Part shown: positions 9,484 through 20,425 of the stretch, one piece after another
How positions within the stretch are numbered: the first letter of the stretch is position 1
How the letters are laid out: each line of letters starts with the position of its first letter
Origin: Smithellaceae bacterium
GTDB lineage: Bacteria; Desulfobacterota; Syntrophia; Syntrophales; Smithellaceae
Assembly (NCBI GenBank): GCA_963667845.2
Contig: CAXXVL010000001.1
Location: 640,001 to 704,000 of the forward strand
Length of the DNA: 64,000 bases
Reading direction: 5' to 3'
Program-made: the position numbers and the translations under genes
The notes under the pieces: generated by a model
Told to the model about the DNA's origin: nothing
The model's input: only the letters and a program-made list of their open reading frames with translations
The model's database searches: none

Positions 9484-11490
9484 TCAGGCCGCATCAGTTT
9501 TTGGAGTATTGGCCACAAAGGGCGGCAGCGGGCATTCCAGGGCCAGCGCGATGACTCTGAGGAGTTCCCCTCCCCCGGTTGTCGTCATTTTATCCGCGAA
9601 AGCGCAGTGTGCGCAGGCGTCAATGACCGACTCCCTGATCTTGAAGGAGGCATCACCCAGGTGAGTCAGTGCACCGTTCACCTGTTCATAAGAAATATTT
9701 TCCTCAAAAGGAAAATCGGGCCGTAGTTTTGCCAGCTCCGGGATTCTGGCGAGTCCCACGCGAAAAGCATTCTGGGCCTGTATCCTGTCGCCCGGGTGTC
9801 CGGTTGAGGCCAGCGACCCGAGCAGGTTAATGACATCCAGCCCAACCTTGGAATAAGAAAACAGACTGATGCTTCGGAAAAGATTTTCAGAAGGGTTCAG
9901 ATACCTGTCGATGATCCACAAAACGGACAATTCGAAAAGACTCACTTTACCGTCGGCGTTCACAAAAGAACGCAGGATCAATAAAAAATTTCTTTTTTCC
10001 ATGCTCGTCAATCCTCTGAGTGCCGGCATGGCGAGTTCGATGAGCGGCAGACGGAGGTCGTGATTCAGGCCCGACAGCTGCCGGGCCATTGCCGGAACGC
10101 TGTCGATCTGGCCTTGCAGGATCATGACTCTACAAAGGGCGGAAACCTGGATTTCGCGGCACGCCGCGTCATTGTCCATCAAGAGTGCATAGATCACGCA
10201 AGCTGCACCCTGAGGTGTTTTAACGGCAGCGGTGATTTCACCGGGTATGGCCGAAAGCAAGGTCCGGCTGTGCTCGACGTGTTCGGGCGACGGTCGGCCG
10301 ACCTGCATCACGACCTCTGAGGGGCGAGCGGCGCGCAGCGGCGATCCCGGCGGAATCCGAAGCGATGTACCCGCGAGAGCAGTCCCCCAGAAGGGAGATA
10401 AATATTCCGGCCGCGCTGTCGGAGCGTCTTCTTCCAGTTTGATGAATTTACCGTCAAACGACGGATCCAAAAGCCGGATGCGGTCGATAAGCGGCGGATG
10501 CGTGGCGAGAAATGAAAACAGCAGGCTTTGGCGACTTTCAGAGAAAAACAGGTGGCTGGCCTGTTCGGCCTCAGGCGAGGTAATGCTCGAACCGAAACTG
10601 GATGCGCCGATTTTCTTCAGAGCGCCCGCGAGTCCCAGAGGGTTGCGGGTAAACTGAACCGCGGAGGCGTCGGCGAGGAATTCCCTCTGCCGCGATATCG
10701 CGCACTGCATCAGCCTTCCCATAAACGTTCCGATATAACCGATCACCATCAGGCTGACTCCTCCCGCGATGACCGGAAGACCCATCCGGAAAGAAAGGCG
10801 TCCCTGGGAGACGATTTTCTGTCCGACGATCCCCATAAACAAGATGCCGAAAAGGATACCGATCAGCTGAACGTTGAGCCGGGAGTCGCCGTTCAGAAGG
10901 TGGCTGAACTCATGACCGATGACGCCCTGCAGTTCATCGCGGGTGAGCTTGGTGAGCGCCCCGCGGGTCACCGCCACGGCCGCATCGGAAAGCTCGAGAC
11001 CGGCGGCAAAGGCGTTGATATTCCGTTCTCCATCCAGGACATAAACCTGCGGAACGGGAATGCCGGAAGCGATGGCCATTTCTTCAACCACGTTGACGAG
11101 ACGCCGCTCGGCGGGGTCGGATATAGAGCCGCCGATCCTGCGCCCGCCCAGCATTTCGGCAACGGCACCGCCGCCTTTCTTGAGTGTGCTCATCTTCATC
11201 AGGCTGGCAGCGAGAATGACCATGATAATGATCATGGCCCCAAACAGGAAAAAAGCCGGGTCAAAAAACGTGAAGTCGGTGAGTCTCCGATGGTATCCGT
11301 GCGACTGACCGGCATCAAAGGAGGTATAGGCCTGCGTACCGATATACAAGTACCAGACGAACCGGATCGCCAGAGTCGTGACCAGTACAATAACGGCCAC
11401 CGCAAGAACAAACCCGGTGATCTGATTGCGGCAGCTTTTGCGGGCCTCACGTTGCCTCGCAAAAAAATTAGTCGGACGGTTTGTGGTCAT
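9484..11490 (-). CDS. M48 family (HtpX-like) membrane zinc metalloprotease with C-terminal extension
   Basis: INAFAAG, GHEFSH (HExxH), SRQREFLADA and ATHPPL..RI motifs. Follows lemA. Confidence 0.92.
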   Translation of the reverse strand: MTTNRPTNFFARQREARKSCRNQITGFVLAVAVIVLVTTLAIRFVWYLYIGTQAYTSFDAGQSHGYHRRLTDFTFFDPAFFLFGAMIIIMVILAASLMKMSTLKKGGGAVAEMLGGRRIGGSISDPAERRLVNVVEEMAIASGIPVPQVYVLDGERNINAFAAGLELSDAAVAVTRGALTKLTRDELQGVIGHEFSHLLNGDSRLNVQLIGILFGILFMGIVGQKIVSQGRLSFRMGLPVIAGGVSLMVIGYIGTFMGRLMQCAISRQREFLADASAVQFTRNPLGLAGALKKIGASSFGSSITSPEAEQASHLFFSESRQSLLFSFLATHPPLIDRIRLLDPSFDGKFIKLEEDAPTARPEYLSPFWGTALAGTSLRIPPGSPLRAARPSEVVMQVGRPSPEHVEHSRTLLSAIPGEITAAVKTPQGAACVIYALLMDNDAACREIQVSALCRVMILQGQIDSVPAMARQLSGLNHDLRLPLIELAMPALRGLTSMEKRNFLLILRSFVNADGKVSLFELSVLWIIDRYLNPSENLFRSISLFSYSKVGLDVINLLGSLASTGHPGDRIQAQNAFRVGLARIPELAKLRPDFPFEENISYEQVNGALTHLGDASFKIRESVIDACAHCAFADKMTTTGGGELLRVIALALECPLPPFVANTPKTDAA

Positions 11491-11521
11491 CTAAATCATA
11501 AATCGCGGATTTGGCGACTCC

Positions 11522-12115
11522 TCAGGTAAACGAAACTTTGGGCGCCTGTCGCTCTTCGGCTTTTTCCACGGCTTCCAGGAGGGAGGCCGCTTTGAAGTCA
11601 AAGGTCGAGGAGATGACATTGTTGGGGAATTGTTCACGACTGATGTTGTACTCGGTCACGGCGTCGTTGTAGGCCTGCCTGGCGAAACTGATCTTGTTTT
11701 CCGTGGAGGTCAGTTCTTCCATCAAGTCGCTGATGGTTTTATTGGCTTTTAAGTCGGGGTAGGATTCCACGACGGCCAGGAGTCGGGAAAGCACGCCGGC
11801 AAGCGACCCTTCGGCCTGGGCCAGTCCCGCCATGGCTGCGGCATTGCCCGGAGAGGCCGCGGCAATTTTGCTCGCGTCAAAGGCCGTGTTGCGCGCCCGG
11901 ATGACCTCTTCCATTGTTCCGCGTTCATGCGCCAGATATCCCTTGGCCGATTCGACCAGATTGGGAATCAGATCATAACGGCGTTTCAACTGAATATCGA
12001 TCTGTGTGTAGGCATTCATGTAAAGATTGCGAAGTGAAATCAGAGTATTGTAGATTCCGACCAAATAAAAAGCGACGGCAGCAATGATGACGACCAGAAC
12101 GATCAATGGAATCAT
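11522..12115 (-). CDS. lemA: LemA family protein
   Basis: N-terminal TM, QLKRRYDLIPNLV, ESYPDLKAN, ENKISFARQAYND. Confidence 0.96.
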   Translation of the reverse strand: MIPLIVLVVIIAAVAFYLVGIYNTLISLRNLYMNAYTQIDIQLKRRYDLIPNLVESAKGYLAHERGTMEEVIRARNTAFDASKIAAASPGNAAAMAGLAQAEGSLAGVLSRLLAVVESYPDLKANKTISDLMEELTSTENKISFARQAYNDAVTEYNISREQFPNNVISSTFDFKAASLLEAVEKAEERQAPKVSFT

Positions 12116-12170
12116 TTTTCCCCCCTTGTTTAGAACGCATGACGGCGTCTGTTAGTGAGATAGTATCGGT

Positions 12171-13325
12171 TCAGCTTTTATTTTTCTTGAGGCCGTCTGT
12201 AATCACCAGATTGTCGCGATGAATCACTTCATCATAATCCTTGTGACCCAGGACGGAAAATATCTGAGGTGTCTTCAAACCGAGGATTTTGCGGATGTCG
12301 CCTGAGGAATAATTGACGAGCCCCTTGGCGAGCGGATTGCCCGCGCTGTCGACGCAGGCGACGGGATCGCCCGTGTCAAACTCTCCTTCGACTGCCGTAA
12401 TTCCTGAAGGCAGCAGGCTTTTGCCTTTTTCCAACAGGGCTTTTTTTGCGCCCTCATCGATCACCAGCCGGCCGCGGGGGCGGAGTGTAAACGCGATCCA
12501 GTATTTCCGGCTCGCCAGGCGGGAGGCCCGCGGCAAGAACAGCGTGCCGATGTCTTTGCCCGCCATGATATCCGAAAGGACTTTCTTTCTTTTGCCCGGA
12601 GCGATGATGCAGGGAATGCCGATGGACGTGACTTTCTGGGCTGCCATGATTTTGCTCTTCATGCCGCCGGTGCCGACGGAGGACGTCTCGGACGTTGCCG
12701 CCGCTTCAATCTCTTCGGTGATTTCGCAAACGAGCCCAATCAGCTTGGCCTTTTTGAACTGCGCCGGATTGCAGTCGAAGAGCCCGTCGGTTGCCGTTAA
12801 ATTGATAAATAAATCCGCCTCGATGATATTGGCGATCATCGCAGCGAGGTTATCGTTGTCGCCGAATTTGATTTCATCCACGGCAACGGAGTCGTTTTCA
12901 TTGATGATCGGCGTGATATGCCAGTCCATCAGGGTCGAGAGCGTGTTGCGGATGTTGAGGTAGCGCTGCCGGTCCGTCAGGTCCGCAAGGGTGAGCAGGA
13001 GCTGGCCGACGTAGAGGTTGTTTCTTTCAAAGGCTTTGGAATAGACACGCATGAGCCGGCTCTGGCCGATGGCGGCGGCCGCCTGCTTTTCGGGAATGCT
13101 TTTCAGTTTGTCCGTAATGCCCAGGCGGTGTTTACCCGAGGCAATCGCTCCGGAGGTAACGAGCACGATCGAGAATCCGCGGCGCGTCAGATCGCACATT
13201 TCCTGCGCCAGGGCGTCGATGATTTTCAGGTCCAGGCCGTCGGCGCCGGTCAGCACCGCAGAACCGATTTTGATGAGGATTTTCTTTACCGGGGCGAGCG
13301 TTTCCAGACGGCTATTATGATTCAT
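12171..13325 (-). CDS. proB: Glutamate 5-kinase
   Basis: IKIGS, VTSGAI, AAAIGQ, INENDSV, FGDNDNL and GTGGM.SK motifs, C-terminal PUA domain. Confidence 0.97.
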   Translation of the reverse strand: MNHNSRLETLAPVKKILIKIGSAVLTGADGLDLKIIDALAQEMCDLTRRGFSIVLVTSGAIASGKHRLGITDKLKSIPEKQAAAAIGQSRLMRVYSKAFERNNLYVGQLLLTLADLTDRQRYLNIRNTLSTLMDWHITPIINENDSVAVDEIKFGDNDNLAAMIANIIEADLFINLTATDGLFDCNPAQFKKAKLIGLVCEITEEIEAAATSETSSVGTGGMKSKIMAAQKVTSIGIPCIIAPGKRKKVLSDIMAGKDIGTLFLPRASRLASRKYWIAFTLRPRGRLVIDEGAKKALLEKGKSLLPSGITAVEGEFDTGDPVACVDSAGNPLAKGLVNYSSGDIRKILGLKTPQIFSVLGHKDYDEVIHRDNLVITDGLKKNKS

Positions 13326-14338
13326 GTCTCATCGGGTGTTGTGCTGTTTAAGAGGGTCACAATCTTTCTTAAAATGTCCTGCAATCCTTCGCCTGTGGCA
13401 GCGGAAAACGGATACAGCATTATCCCTTTTTTTGCAAATTGCGCAACTGATTTTTTGACTTTTTCCCGCACCACGGGCAGATCAATCTTATTGAGGCAGA
13501 CCACCTGGGGCTTGGCGAGTAACTGCGGACTGTAGAGCCCCAGTTCTTTATTGATCGCCGTGAAATTTTTCCAGGCGCTGGTGTTGGGTTCTTCGGAAAT
13601 ATCAATCAGGTGCAGGAGAATGGAAGTCCGTTCCACGTGGCGCAGAAACTGAATGCCCATGCCCAGGCCTTCATGGGCGCCGGCAATCAGGCCGGGGATA
13701 TCCGCCACAACGAAACTGGGGCTCTCTCCGAATTTGACCACGCCCAGATGCGGCGTGAGCGTTGTAAAGGGATAGTCGGCAATTTTGGGATGGGCCGCCG
13801 AGACCCGCGAGATAAACGTCGATTTGCCGGCATTGGGAAAACCGATGAGTCCCACATCCGCCAGCAGCTTGAGCTCCAGTTTGAGCCAGCGTTCCTCGCC
13901 CTCCATGCCTTCCTGAGCAAAACGCGGTGTCTGGTGCGTGGACGTCTTGAAGTGGGCGTTGCCCTTGCCGCCGATGCCGCCTTTGGCCACGATAAAGGTT
14001 TGTCCCAGCTGGGCAAGATCGACCAGGATTTCTCCGGTTTCAAAATCTTTAACAACGGTTCCGGGCGGAACAATCACTTCCAGATCCTCTGCGCTGCGGC
14101 CGGTGCGGTTGTTGCCGGAACCATGTCCGCCGTTCTTGGCGATTTGATGCTGCTGGTATTTCAAATCCAGGAGGGTATGGTGACTCTCGGCAGCGCGGAA
14201 AATGACGTCGCCGCCCTTGCCGCCGTCGCCGCCGTCGGGACCGCCTTTGGCAATAAACTTCTCCCGCCGGAAACTGATGCTGCCCGGTCCGCCGTGTCCG
14301 GCCTTGACATATATTTTTGCTTCATCAACAAATTTCAT
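13322..14338 (-). CDS. obgE: GTPase ObgE/CgtA
   Basis: FVDEAKI, Gly-rich Obg fold, GFPNAGKST, YPFTTL, DIPG, NKID. Confidence 0.98.
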   Translation of the reverse strand: MKFVDEAKIYVKAGHGGPGSISFRREKFIAKGGPDGGDGGKGGDVIFRAAESHHTLLDLKYQQHQIAKNGGHGSGNNRTGRSAEDLEVIVPPGTVVKDFETGEILVDLAQLGQTFIVAKGGIGGKGNAHFKTSTHQTPRFAQEGMEGEERWLKLELKLLADVGLIGFPNAGKSTFISRVSAAHPKIADYPFTTLTPHLGVVKFGESPSFVVADIPGLIAGAHEGLGMGIQFLRHVERTSILLHLIDISEEPNTSAWKNFTAINKELGLYSPQLLAKPQVVCLNKIDLPVVREKVKKSVAQFAKKGIMLYPFSAATGEGLQDILRKIVTLLNSTTPDET

Positions 14339-14509
14339 AAGAAAAAACGCTTTCCCTAACGATCAGGAGAGATCGTGTCAATTTTCTATCCAAAGTATAA
14401 CGCGGCGCAGACGAGCAGCCCCCGCAGGCGTATCTAGCAAATACATTGAGGAGGGCAGGGGAACTGACAATAAAATTTATACGCTGGAGAGGAAATCTTC
14501 AAAAAAAAT

Positions 14510-14539
14510 AAAAAGGCGCTTATTGTCTAAGCGCCTTTT
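14510..14539 (-). terminator. Intrinsic terminator after rpmA
   Basis: AAAAGGCGCTTA-ttgtc-TAAGCGCCTTTT hairpin followed by a long U-tract on the minus strand. Confidence 0.85.
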
Positions 14540-14562
14540 GTGCTTTCTACTTTCGCTGCGGT

Positions 14563-14820
14563 TTAGGCCGCCGCATAGACGCTGACCTTTTTACGGGTCT
14601 TGTCGAGCCGCTCGTACTTAACGACGCCGTTGATGAGCGCAAACAATGTAAAATCTTTGCCCAGGCCCACGTTGTTGCCCGGATGAATTTTTGTGCCTAC
14701 CTGCCGCACGATAATGGATCCCGCGTGAATCTGCTCACCGCCATATACTTTGACGCCGCGTCGCTGCGAATTGGAGTCTCTACCGTTGCGGGAGCTTCCC
14801 TGACCTTTTTTATGTGCCAT
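14563..14820 (-). CDS. rpmA: 50S ribosomal protein L27
   Basis: [17 protein letters not shown]-terminus. Confidence 0.99.
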   Translation of the reverse strand: MAHKKGQGSSRNGRDSNSQRRGVKVYGGEQIHAGSIIVRQVGTKIHPGNNVGLGKDFTLFALINGVVKYERLDKTRKKVSVYAAA

Positions 14821-14832
14821 GATGTCCTCCGC

Positions 14833-15144
14833 TTATATCGAAATCTTCTTTATTTTCATGCTGGTTAGTTCCTGACGATGGCCGGTCTTCTTTTTGTAGC
14901 CCTTGCGCTTCTTAAATTTGCCGATCAGCAGTTTGGGGCCTTTGGTCTGGGTAACGATTTCCCCCACCACCTGCGCGCCTTCCACAAAAGGTTTGCCGAT
15001 TTTAACGGTGTCGCCACCGGATACCATCAGAACTTCATTGAAAACAACTTCGGTTCCCTTGTCGCCGGCGAGTTTTTCTACGGATAAAACATCGCCTTCG
15101 CTGACCTTGTGTTGTTTAGCTCCTGTTTTTATGATTGCGTACAT
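14833..15144 (-). CDS. rplU: 50S ribosomal protein L21
   Basis: [14 protein letters not shown] and GHRQ motifs, adjacent to rpmA. Confidence 0.99.
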   Translation of the reverse strand: MYAIIKTGAKQHKVSEGDVLSVEKLAGDKGTEVVFNEVLMVSGGDTVKIGKPFVEGAQVVGEIVTQTKGPKLLIGKFKKRKGYKKKTGHRQELTSMKIKKISI

Positions 15145-15176
15145 ATCCTTATCCTTAGTTAGCGTTAAGACTGGAG

Positions 15177-15205
15177 CTTATAGACAAATTGTTCCCGTTT
15201 GTCAA
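15177..15205 (-). promoter_or_regulatory. Sigma70-type promoter for rplU-rpmA
   Basis: Minus strand TTGACA-N17-TATAAG about 30 bp upstream of the rplU start. Confidence 0.7.
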
Positions 15206-15398
15206 TAGAATTTAGCGCTCTTAAATAATATTTTCTTGAGAGACAATCGGGCGTATCTTTGATATACCGATATTGCATTAAGGCGATATTTTAAGATACT
15301 TTTTAGAAACAGAAGGTTCGGCCACAGCGTAAAATGACCGAGATTCTTATGGAATGTTGCGATTCTCTAACTGGAAAGCGCGAGGCAAAGGAACTGAA

Positions 15399-16958
15399 AT
15401 GACCGGGCAGATGAAATTAAGCGGAAAATTAGGAGGAGCTTTCGGATTCGTGGCGCTGATGCTTTTCGTCGGCGGGATCGTCGGGACATTCGGAATATCT
15501 CAGATTTCCGATAAACTCCGGCATATTTCCGAAATCAGCCATCCGGCCACGTATCATATCGGCATTATTTCTGAAAATCAATTGAGGATCCAGCGATTGA
15601 GTCAGTCTCTCCTGGTGCCGGAGACGTTCAACAATATCAGTGAAAAAGAAAAAAAACTCAAAGGCCTTGAGGATGCACTGGGACGCGCGGAGGCATCGTG
15701 GAAGCAGTATGATCAACTTTCCCGGTCCGATGAAGCCGCCGCAGTCTGGAAGAATCTGCAGCCGGCCTGGGAATCCTGGAAGAACGCGGATCGGGACTTT
15801 GTCAGGCTGATCAAGGACGGCAAGAGGGAAGAGGCCCTCGGCGTGATGAGTGCTCAGCTTGGCCAATCTTTTAACCTGAGCCGGAGACTGCTTACGGATT
15901 TGTCGGAAGCCAATATGCGGCAGGCAAGGGCGGCAGGGAAGTCCGGAATTGCGGTCGCATGGTGGATGAAGATGGCAGCGCTGGTCGGGACTCTCATAGG
16001 AATTGCCGCAGCATGCGGCTTGGGCTTTTATTTTGCCGGATCCATTACGCGTCCCATCCGAAAGGTCATTGCAAAACTGAAGGAAACATCGGATCAGTTT
16101 GCGGAAGCGGCCGGGCAGATTGCGGATTCCAGCAACCATCTGGCCCAGGGAACATCCCATCAGTCATCCGCTGTTGAAGAAGCTTTTTTTGTTGTCAATG
16201 CGCTGGCAGCGGAGAACTACTCTCATAACGAAGTCGTCCAGAAACTGAGAAACGAGACCCATGGCGCGCACAATGTACTCGAAGACATGCAGCAGAGCGT
16301 CAGGTTGACGGCAGCGACGATGACGGACATTAAAGCGTCCAGCGAGGAAACATCCGGTATCCTTCGGAATATCGAGAAAATCGCATTTCAGACGAATCTG
16401 CTGGCGCTCAATGCGTCGGTGGAGGCGGCACGGGCGGGCGAAGTGGGTGCCGGATTCGCCGTGGTGGCCGACGAAGTCCGCAATCTGGCGATTCGATCCG
16501 CCGAAGCGGCGAAACAGACAACGCAGTTGATCGGCGGAACGGTTGACGCCATTTATAAGGGTGCGGAACTCGTGGAGTCGACAACAGAAAAATTTGAAGA
16601 GTATAGAGTTCTGGCCAATGAGTTTGTTGCCATTCTGGATCGTGTGGCGAATTTATGCCAGGAGCGGATGCCGAAGTTCCAGCAGATTAAAAAATCCATG
16701 GAAGAAATCAATTATATCGTGCAGGCCAATGCCGCCAGTGCAGAACAGGCGGCGGCCGCCGCCGAGGAAATGACCGCGCAGTGCGAAGCCATGAGACATT
16801 ACATCCGGGATCTTTCTGTCGTTATCGGAAAGATGCAGGAAAACGAACCCCTGGCCTTGTCTTTTTCGCGGTCCGACCGGCCGAAACTTCCGCCGCCGGG
16901 AAGCAGCGAGGAATTTCCGGTGACCCTGACCGGTCCCATCGAGGAGGCCAAGCCATGA
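15399..16958 (+). CDS. Methyl-accepting chemotaxis protein (four-helix-bundle sensor), paralog 1
   Basis: Two TMs flanking a periplasmic domain, [35 protein letters not shown] hairpin tip. Start ATG 15399 follows AAAGGA. Confidence 0.95.
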   Translation: MTGQMKLSGKLGGAFGFVALMLFVGGIVGTFGISQISDKLRHISEISHPATYHIGIISENQLRIQRLSQSLLVPETFNNISEKEKKLKGLEDALGRAEASWKQYDQLSRSDEAAAVWKNLQPAWESWKNADRDFVRLIKDGKREEALGVMSAQLGQSFNLSRRLLTDLSEANMRQARAAGKSGIAVAWWMKMAALVGTLIGIAAACGLGFYFAGSITRPIRKVIAKLKETSDQFAEAAGQIADSSNHLAQGTSHQSSAVEEAFFVVNALAAENYSHNEVVQKLRNETHGAHNVLEDMQQSVRLTAATMTDIKASSEETSGILRNIEKIAFQTNLLALNASVEAARAGEVGAGFAVVADEVRNLAIRSAEAAKQTTQLIGGTVDAIYKGAELVESTTEKFEEYRVLANEFVAILDRVANLCQERMPKFQQIKKSMEEINYIVQANAASAEQAAAAAEEMTAQCEAMRHYIRDLSVVIGKMQENEPLALSFSRSDRPKLPPPGSSEEFPVTLTGPIEEAKP

Positions 16959-18394
16959 AGAATCTGAAACTGAGTTCCAAACTAATCGGCGGTTTCCTGG
17001 TGATGGCGGCGATCGTGTTTCTCGGAGGACTGGTGGGCTTCTCCGGCATGTCCATCGTTGACGGACACCTGAGAGACGTTGTGGATGTTCGCGTTCCGGA
17101 AACGTATCAGCTTTCCGTGATTGCTGATCAGCAGCAGAATATTTTGGCCCTCGAGCAGGGGCTCTTGATCCCGGAGATCATCAGCAACACAACGGAAAAA
17201 GAGCAGCGGCTCAAAAGCATCGAAGAGTCATGGAATCGTGCAGACGCCGCCTGGAAGCAATATGATCAGTTGCCGCGGACGGAAGGAACGGCTCAAGCCC
17301 GCAGAGAGCTTGCGACAGCCTGGGCAGCCTGGCACAGGGCGGATCGGGAATTTGTCGGTCTGATCAAAGACGGCAAGCGCGAAGAGGCCCAAAAGATCAT
17401 GAGTGTGCAAATTGAGGAGTCGTCCGGATTGTGCCGGAGGTTGCTCAGGGACGTGTCGGACACCGCCGTGACCCTGGCCCGGCAGGCCGGTCAGTCCGGA
17501 ATGGCGCAGGGCGTGACGCTGACAACCATCGCGCTTTCCGGTACGGTCATCGGGATCATTCTGGCCGTTGTCTTCGGTATTTACTTTATCCGTTCGATTA
17601 CGCGACCGATCCATCATGTGATTGAAAATCTGACTCAGACGGCCGAGCAGTTCGCCGAAGCGGCGGGACAGATCGCCCAGTCGAGCAATCACCTGGCGGA
17701 AGGGACATCGAGACAGGCCTCGGCGGTGGAAGAAACCTATTGTGTGATCGAAGAACTGAAAATGTCGAATGCGACATATACGGAAAACATTGAGAAGGTG
17801 AAAAACCTGTTGCCGAAATCGCAGACTGACGGTTATGCCGCCTTCGAACTGATGAAATCCGCCAGGAAAGCGATGAAGGGGATCAAGCAAACCAGTGAAG
17901 AAACGTCGAAGATTGTTCAAACGATTGAGAAGATCGCATTTCAGACCAATCTGCTGGCGCTCAACGCTTCGGTCGAGGCCGCCCGCGCCGGTGATGCCGG
18001 CGGCGGTTTTGCCGTGGTGTCCGACGATATCCGCGGGCTGGGAGCAAGCTCTACACAAGCCGCCAAAACTTCCATCGCGCTGATCGAGAAAACGGTCAAT
18101 ATCGCCAGCAGCGGCAACGACTTTATCGGCGTCAGCATTAAGAAATTTATCGATTACGGGAGCAGTTCCACAAATATCGCTACGTTTACAGCCGATGCGA
18201 CAGACGAGGCGAAAAAGCAGATGGAGGGCTTCGACAAGATCAACGCGCTCATTGAAGCCATCAGCAAATCGGCGCAAACCAATGCGGCCGGCGCAGAGGA
18301 ATCGTCCTCCGTGGCCGAAGAGACTACGGCCCAGGCCATGTCGGTGAAGTCGGTTGTCGATGAACTGGCTCAAGTCGTCGGCTACAACCGATAA
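16955..18394 (+). CDS. Methyl-accepting chemotaxis protein, paralog 2 (divergent signalling tip)
   Basis: ATGA overlap with paralog 1, [29 protein letters not shown] then [13 protein letters not shown]. Confidence 0.93.
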   Translation: MKNLKLSSKLIGGFLVMAAIVFLGGLVGFSGMSIVDGHLRDVVDVRVPETYQLSVIADQQQNILALEQGLLIPEIISNTTEKEQRLKSIEESWNRADAAWKQYDQLPRTEGTAQARRELATAWAAWHRADREFVGLIKDGKREEAQKIMSVQIEESSGLCRRLLRDVSDTAVTLARQAGQSGMAQGVTLTTIALSGTVIGIILAVVFGIYFIRSITRPIHHVIENLTQTAEQFAEAAGQIAQSSNHLAEGTSRQASAVEETYCVIEELKMSNATYTENIEKVKNLLPKSQTDGYAAFELMKSARKAMKGIKQTSEETSKIVQTIEKIAFQTNLLALNASVEAARAGDAGGGFAVVSDDIRGLGASSTQAAKTSIALIEKTVNIASSGNDFIGVSIKKFIDYGSSSTNIATFTADATDEAKKQMEGFDKINALIEAISKSAQTNAAGAEESSSVAEETTAQAMSVKSVVDELAQVVGYNR

Positions 18395-18496
18395 AGATAA
18401 AGTTTCTGTCCCGCAGACATTCAGCGCTCTGAAATCAAGTTCAACATAAGAGATTTTCTCATTGCGGGGAAATCTCTATCCGGAAGAGTCTCCCGA

Positions 18497-18595
18497 TCAA
18501 CCACCTCGCGGCAAGCTGTCGAGGTATGAAATGAACGTCACTATATCGCAGCAAGCGACAGGGAATTAACGCTCGTCGCGTGTGATCGGGATCAC
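18497..18595 (+). repeat. Dispersed ~100 bp triple-hairpin element, copy 3
   Basis: TCAACCACCTCGCGGCAAGCTGTCGAGGTATGAAATGAACGTCAC...GGGAATTAACGCTCG. Confidence 0.93.
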
Positions 18596-18622
18596 ACAAT
18601 TGTTACAAAAAGGCTCGATCAT

Positions 18623-18649
18623 TCAAGATCTCAATTCTTTTGCCGATAC
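18623..18649 (+). promoter_or_regulatory. Putative sigma28 (FliA) promoter for the third chemoreceptor
   Basis: TCAA-N15-GCCGATAC versus consensus TAAA-N15-GCCGATAA, upstream of an MCP gene. Confidence 0.7.
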
Positions 18650-18766
18650 TATAAAGCAGGTATCGGATTCACGATGTCTTTCCACAAAAAACATAAATGA
18701 TTCAATTATATACAGTTGTTCTGATGATGTGAGCTTGTCAATACAATTCATCCGAGGAGTTATTTT

Positions 18767-20383
18767 ATGAAAAGATTTTTCGACAATTTGAAATTAGGGA
18801 AGAAAATCATTTTGGCTCCAATGGTTGTACTCGTATTTCTTGTTCTTAATGCAATAGGAACTTATCAGGCCGTATCCTTGCAGAGCAATTCCATCGATGA
18901 TATCTATAATAACCGATTCAAAGGCTATCAACAGAGTTCACAAATCATTGTGGAAATGTCCGGTGTCCAGACCAAATTGTATAAGATAATGAACTGGATC
19001 GCTTCCAATTACGATAAAAAAAGAATCGAAGATCTGACACGGCAAATCGATACCGATATTTCCGGTAATGTTGAGTTCACGAGGAAAATACTCAATTCGC
19101 CAAGCCTCTTGCCGGATGAGAAAAAATATTATCAAATCGCATATAAGAACCTGCTGGAATTCCAGAAACAGGCAAAGAGTGCACTGGAAATTGCGGCTCA
19201 GGATGCCAACACGGCAGTCATGGCTTTCGGCATGGCCGAGGATGCATTTAGAGATCTGGATAAAAGCCTTCGGGACCTCAACGCGCTCGAAGACAAACTC
19301 AGCAAACAAAAATATGAATATTCCATTAAAGTGGTCAACACAACATTGATGATTTTTTTGCTTGTCGTGGTGATTGCTATTCTGATGTCCTTCCTGACCA
19401 GCATTTTCATCTCGAGAATGATCTTGAGGCCGATCCGGGAAACCATTACCGTCCTCAGTGAATTGGCCAAGGGAGACCTGACAAAGGAAATCAATTTGCA
19501 GTCCAGTGACGAAATCGGTGAACTGGTCCAATCCGTTAATACGATGCGCGGTAAAATGAATGATGCCGTAGGTCAGGCGATGCAAGTCTCGGCGGTTCTG
19601 ACGGATTCGGCGTCCAAAGAAGCGGCTGCGATTGAGGAAACGTCGGCCTCTCTTGATGAAATCGCTTCCATGACTCAGCAAAATGCAGAAAACACCGTTC
19701 AAGCAAACGAACTTATGTTGTCGGTGAAAGGCGCCATTGGCAGAGCCAATGATTCCATGTCCGAACTGACCACCTCCATGAAAGATATTACAAAGGCAAG
19801 TGAACAGACTCAGAAAATCGTGAAGAGCATCGACGAAATTGCCTTTCAGACAAACCTGCTCGCCCTGAACGCATCAGTCGAAGCTGCCCGTGCAGGAGAG
19901 GCCGGAGCGGGATTTGCTGTCGTCGCCGACGAAGTCCGGAATCTTGCTTTACGGGCAAAAGAATCAGCACGGGATTCTTCCAACCTGATTGATGATATTG
20001 TCCATAAAGTAAAAGGCGGCGAGAATCTGGTTGTGGTGACCAGCACCGCATTCCGGGAAGTGACGTTGAGTTCGGATAAGGTCGTCGATCTGACGAAAGA
20101 CATAGCCATTGCATCCCGGGAACAGTCCCAGGGAATCGGGCAGGTCAATAACGCAATTGCGGAAATGAGCACAACCACTCAGCAAAACGCCAGCAATGCA
20201 GAGAATTTGTCGAACATCATGTCTATTTTTACAACGGAGGATCTGTCCGATACAGGCGACGAACGCGACAGAATTCTTCATCTGACGTCAGGTAAGAAAG
20301 CAGGAAATAAAACGATCGATCACAGGAAACATTTACCGTCTCGGGAACGGAACTCTAATAAGCGGCTTCAATTTCATCCTTAG
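18767..20383 (+). CDS. Methyl-accepting chemotaxis protein with HAMP domain
   Basis: Two TMs, HAMP (GDLT...DEIGEL), canonical MCP signalling motif. GAGGAG SD. Confidence 0.96.
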   Translation: MKRFFDNLKLGKKIILAPMVVLVFLVLNAIGTYQAVSLQSNSIDDIYNNRFKGYQQSSQIIVEMSGVQTKLYKIMNWIASNYDKKRIEDLTRQIDTDISGNVEFTRKILNSPSLLPDEKKYYQIAYKNLLEFQKQAKSALEIAAQDANTAVMAFGMAEDAFRDLDKSLRDLNALEDKLSKQKYEYSIKVVNTTLMIFLLVVVIAILMSFLTSIFISRMILRPIRETITVLSELAKGDLTKEINLQSSDEIGELVQSVNTMRGKMNDAVGQAMQVSAVLTDSASKEAAAIEETSASLDEIASMTQQNAENTVQANELMLSVKGAIGRANDSMSELTTSMKDITKASEQTQKIVKSIDEIAFQTNLLALNASVEAARAGEAGAGFAVVADEVRNLALRAKESARDSSNLIDDIVHKVKGGENLVVVTSTAFREVTLSSDKVVDLTKDIAIASREQSQGIGQVNNAIAEMSTTTQQNASNAENLSNIMSIFTTEDLSDTGDERDRILHLTSGKKAGNKTIDHRKHLPSRERNSNKRLQFHP

Positions 20384-20425
20384 GTGTGATGAAATAATAT
20401 TTGTCAATTAAAAAGGAGGTAATGG

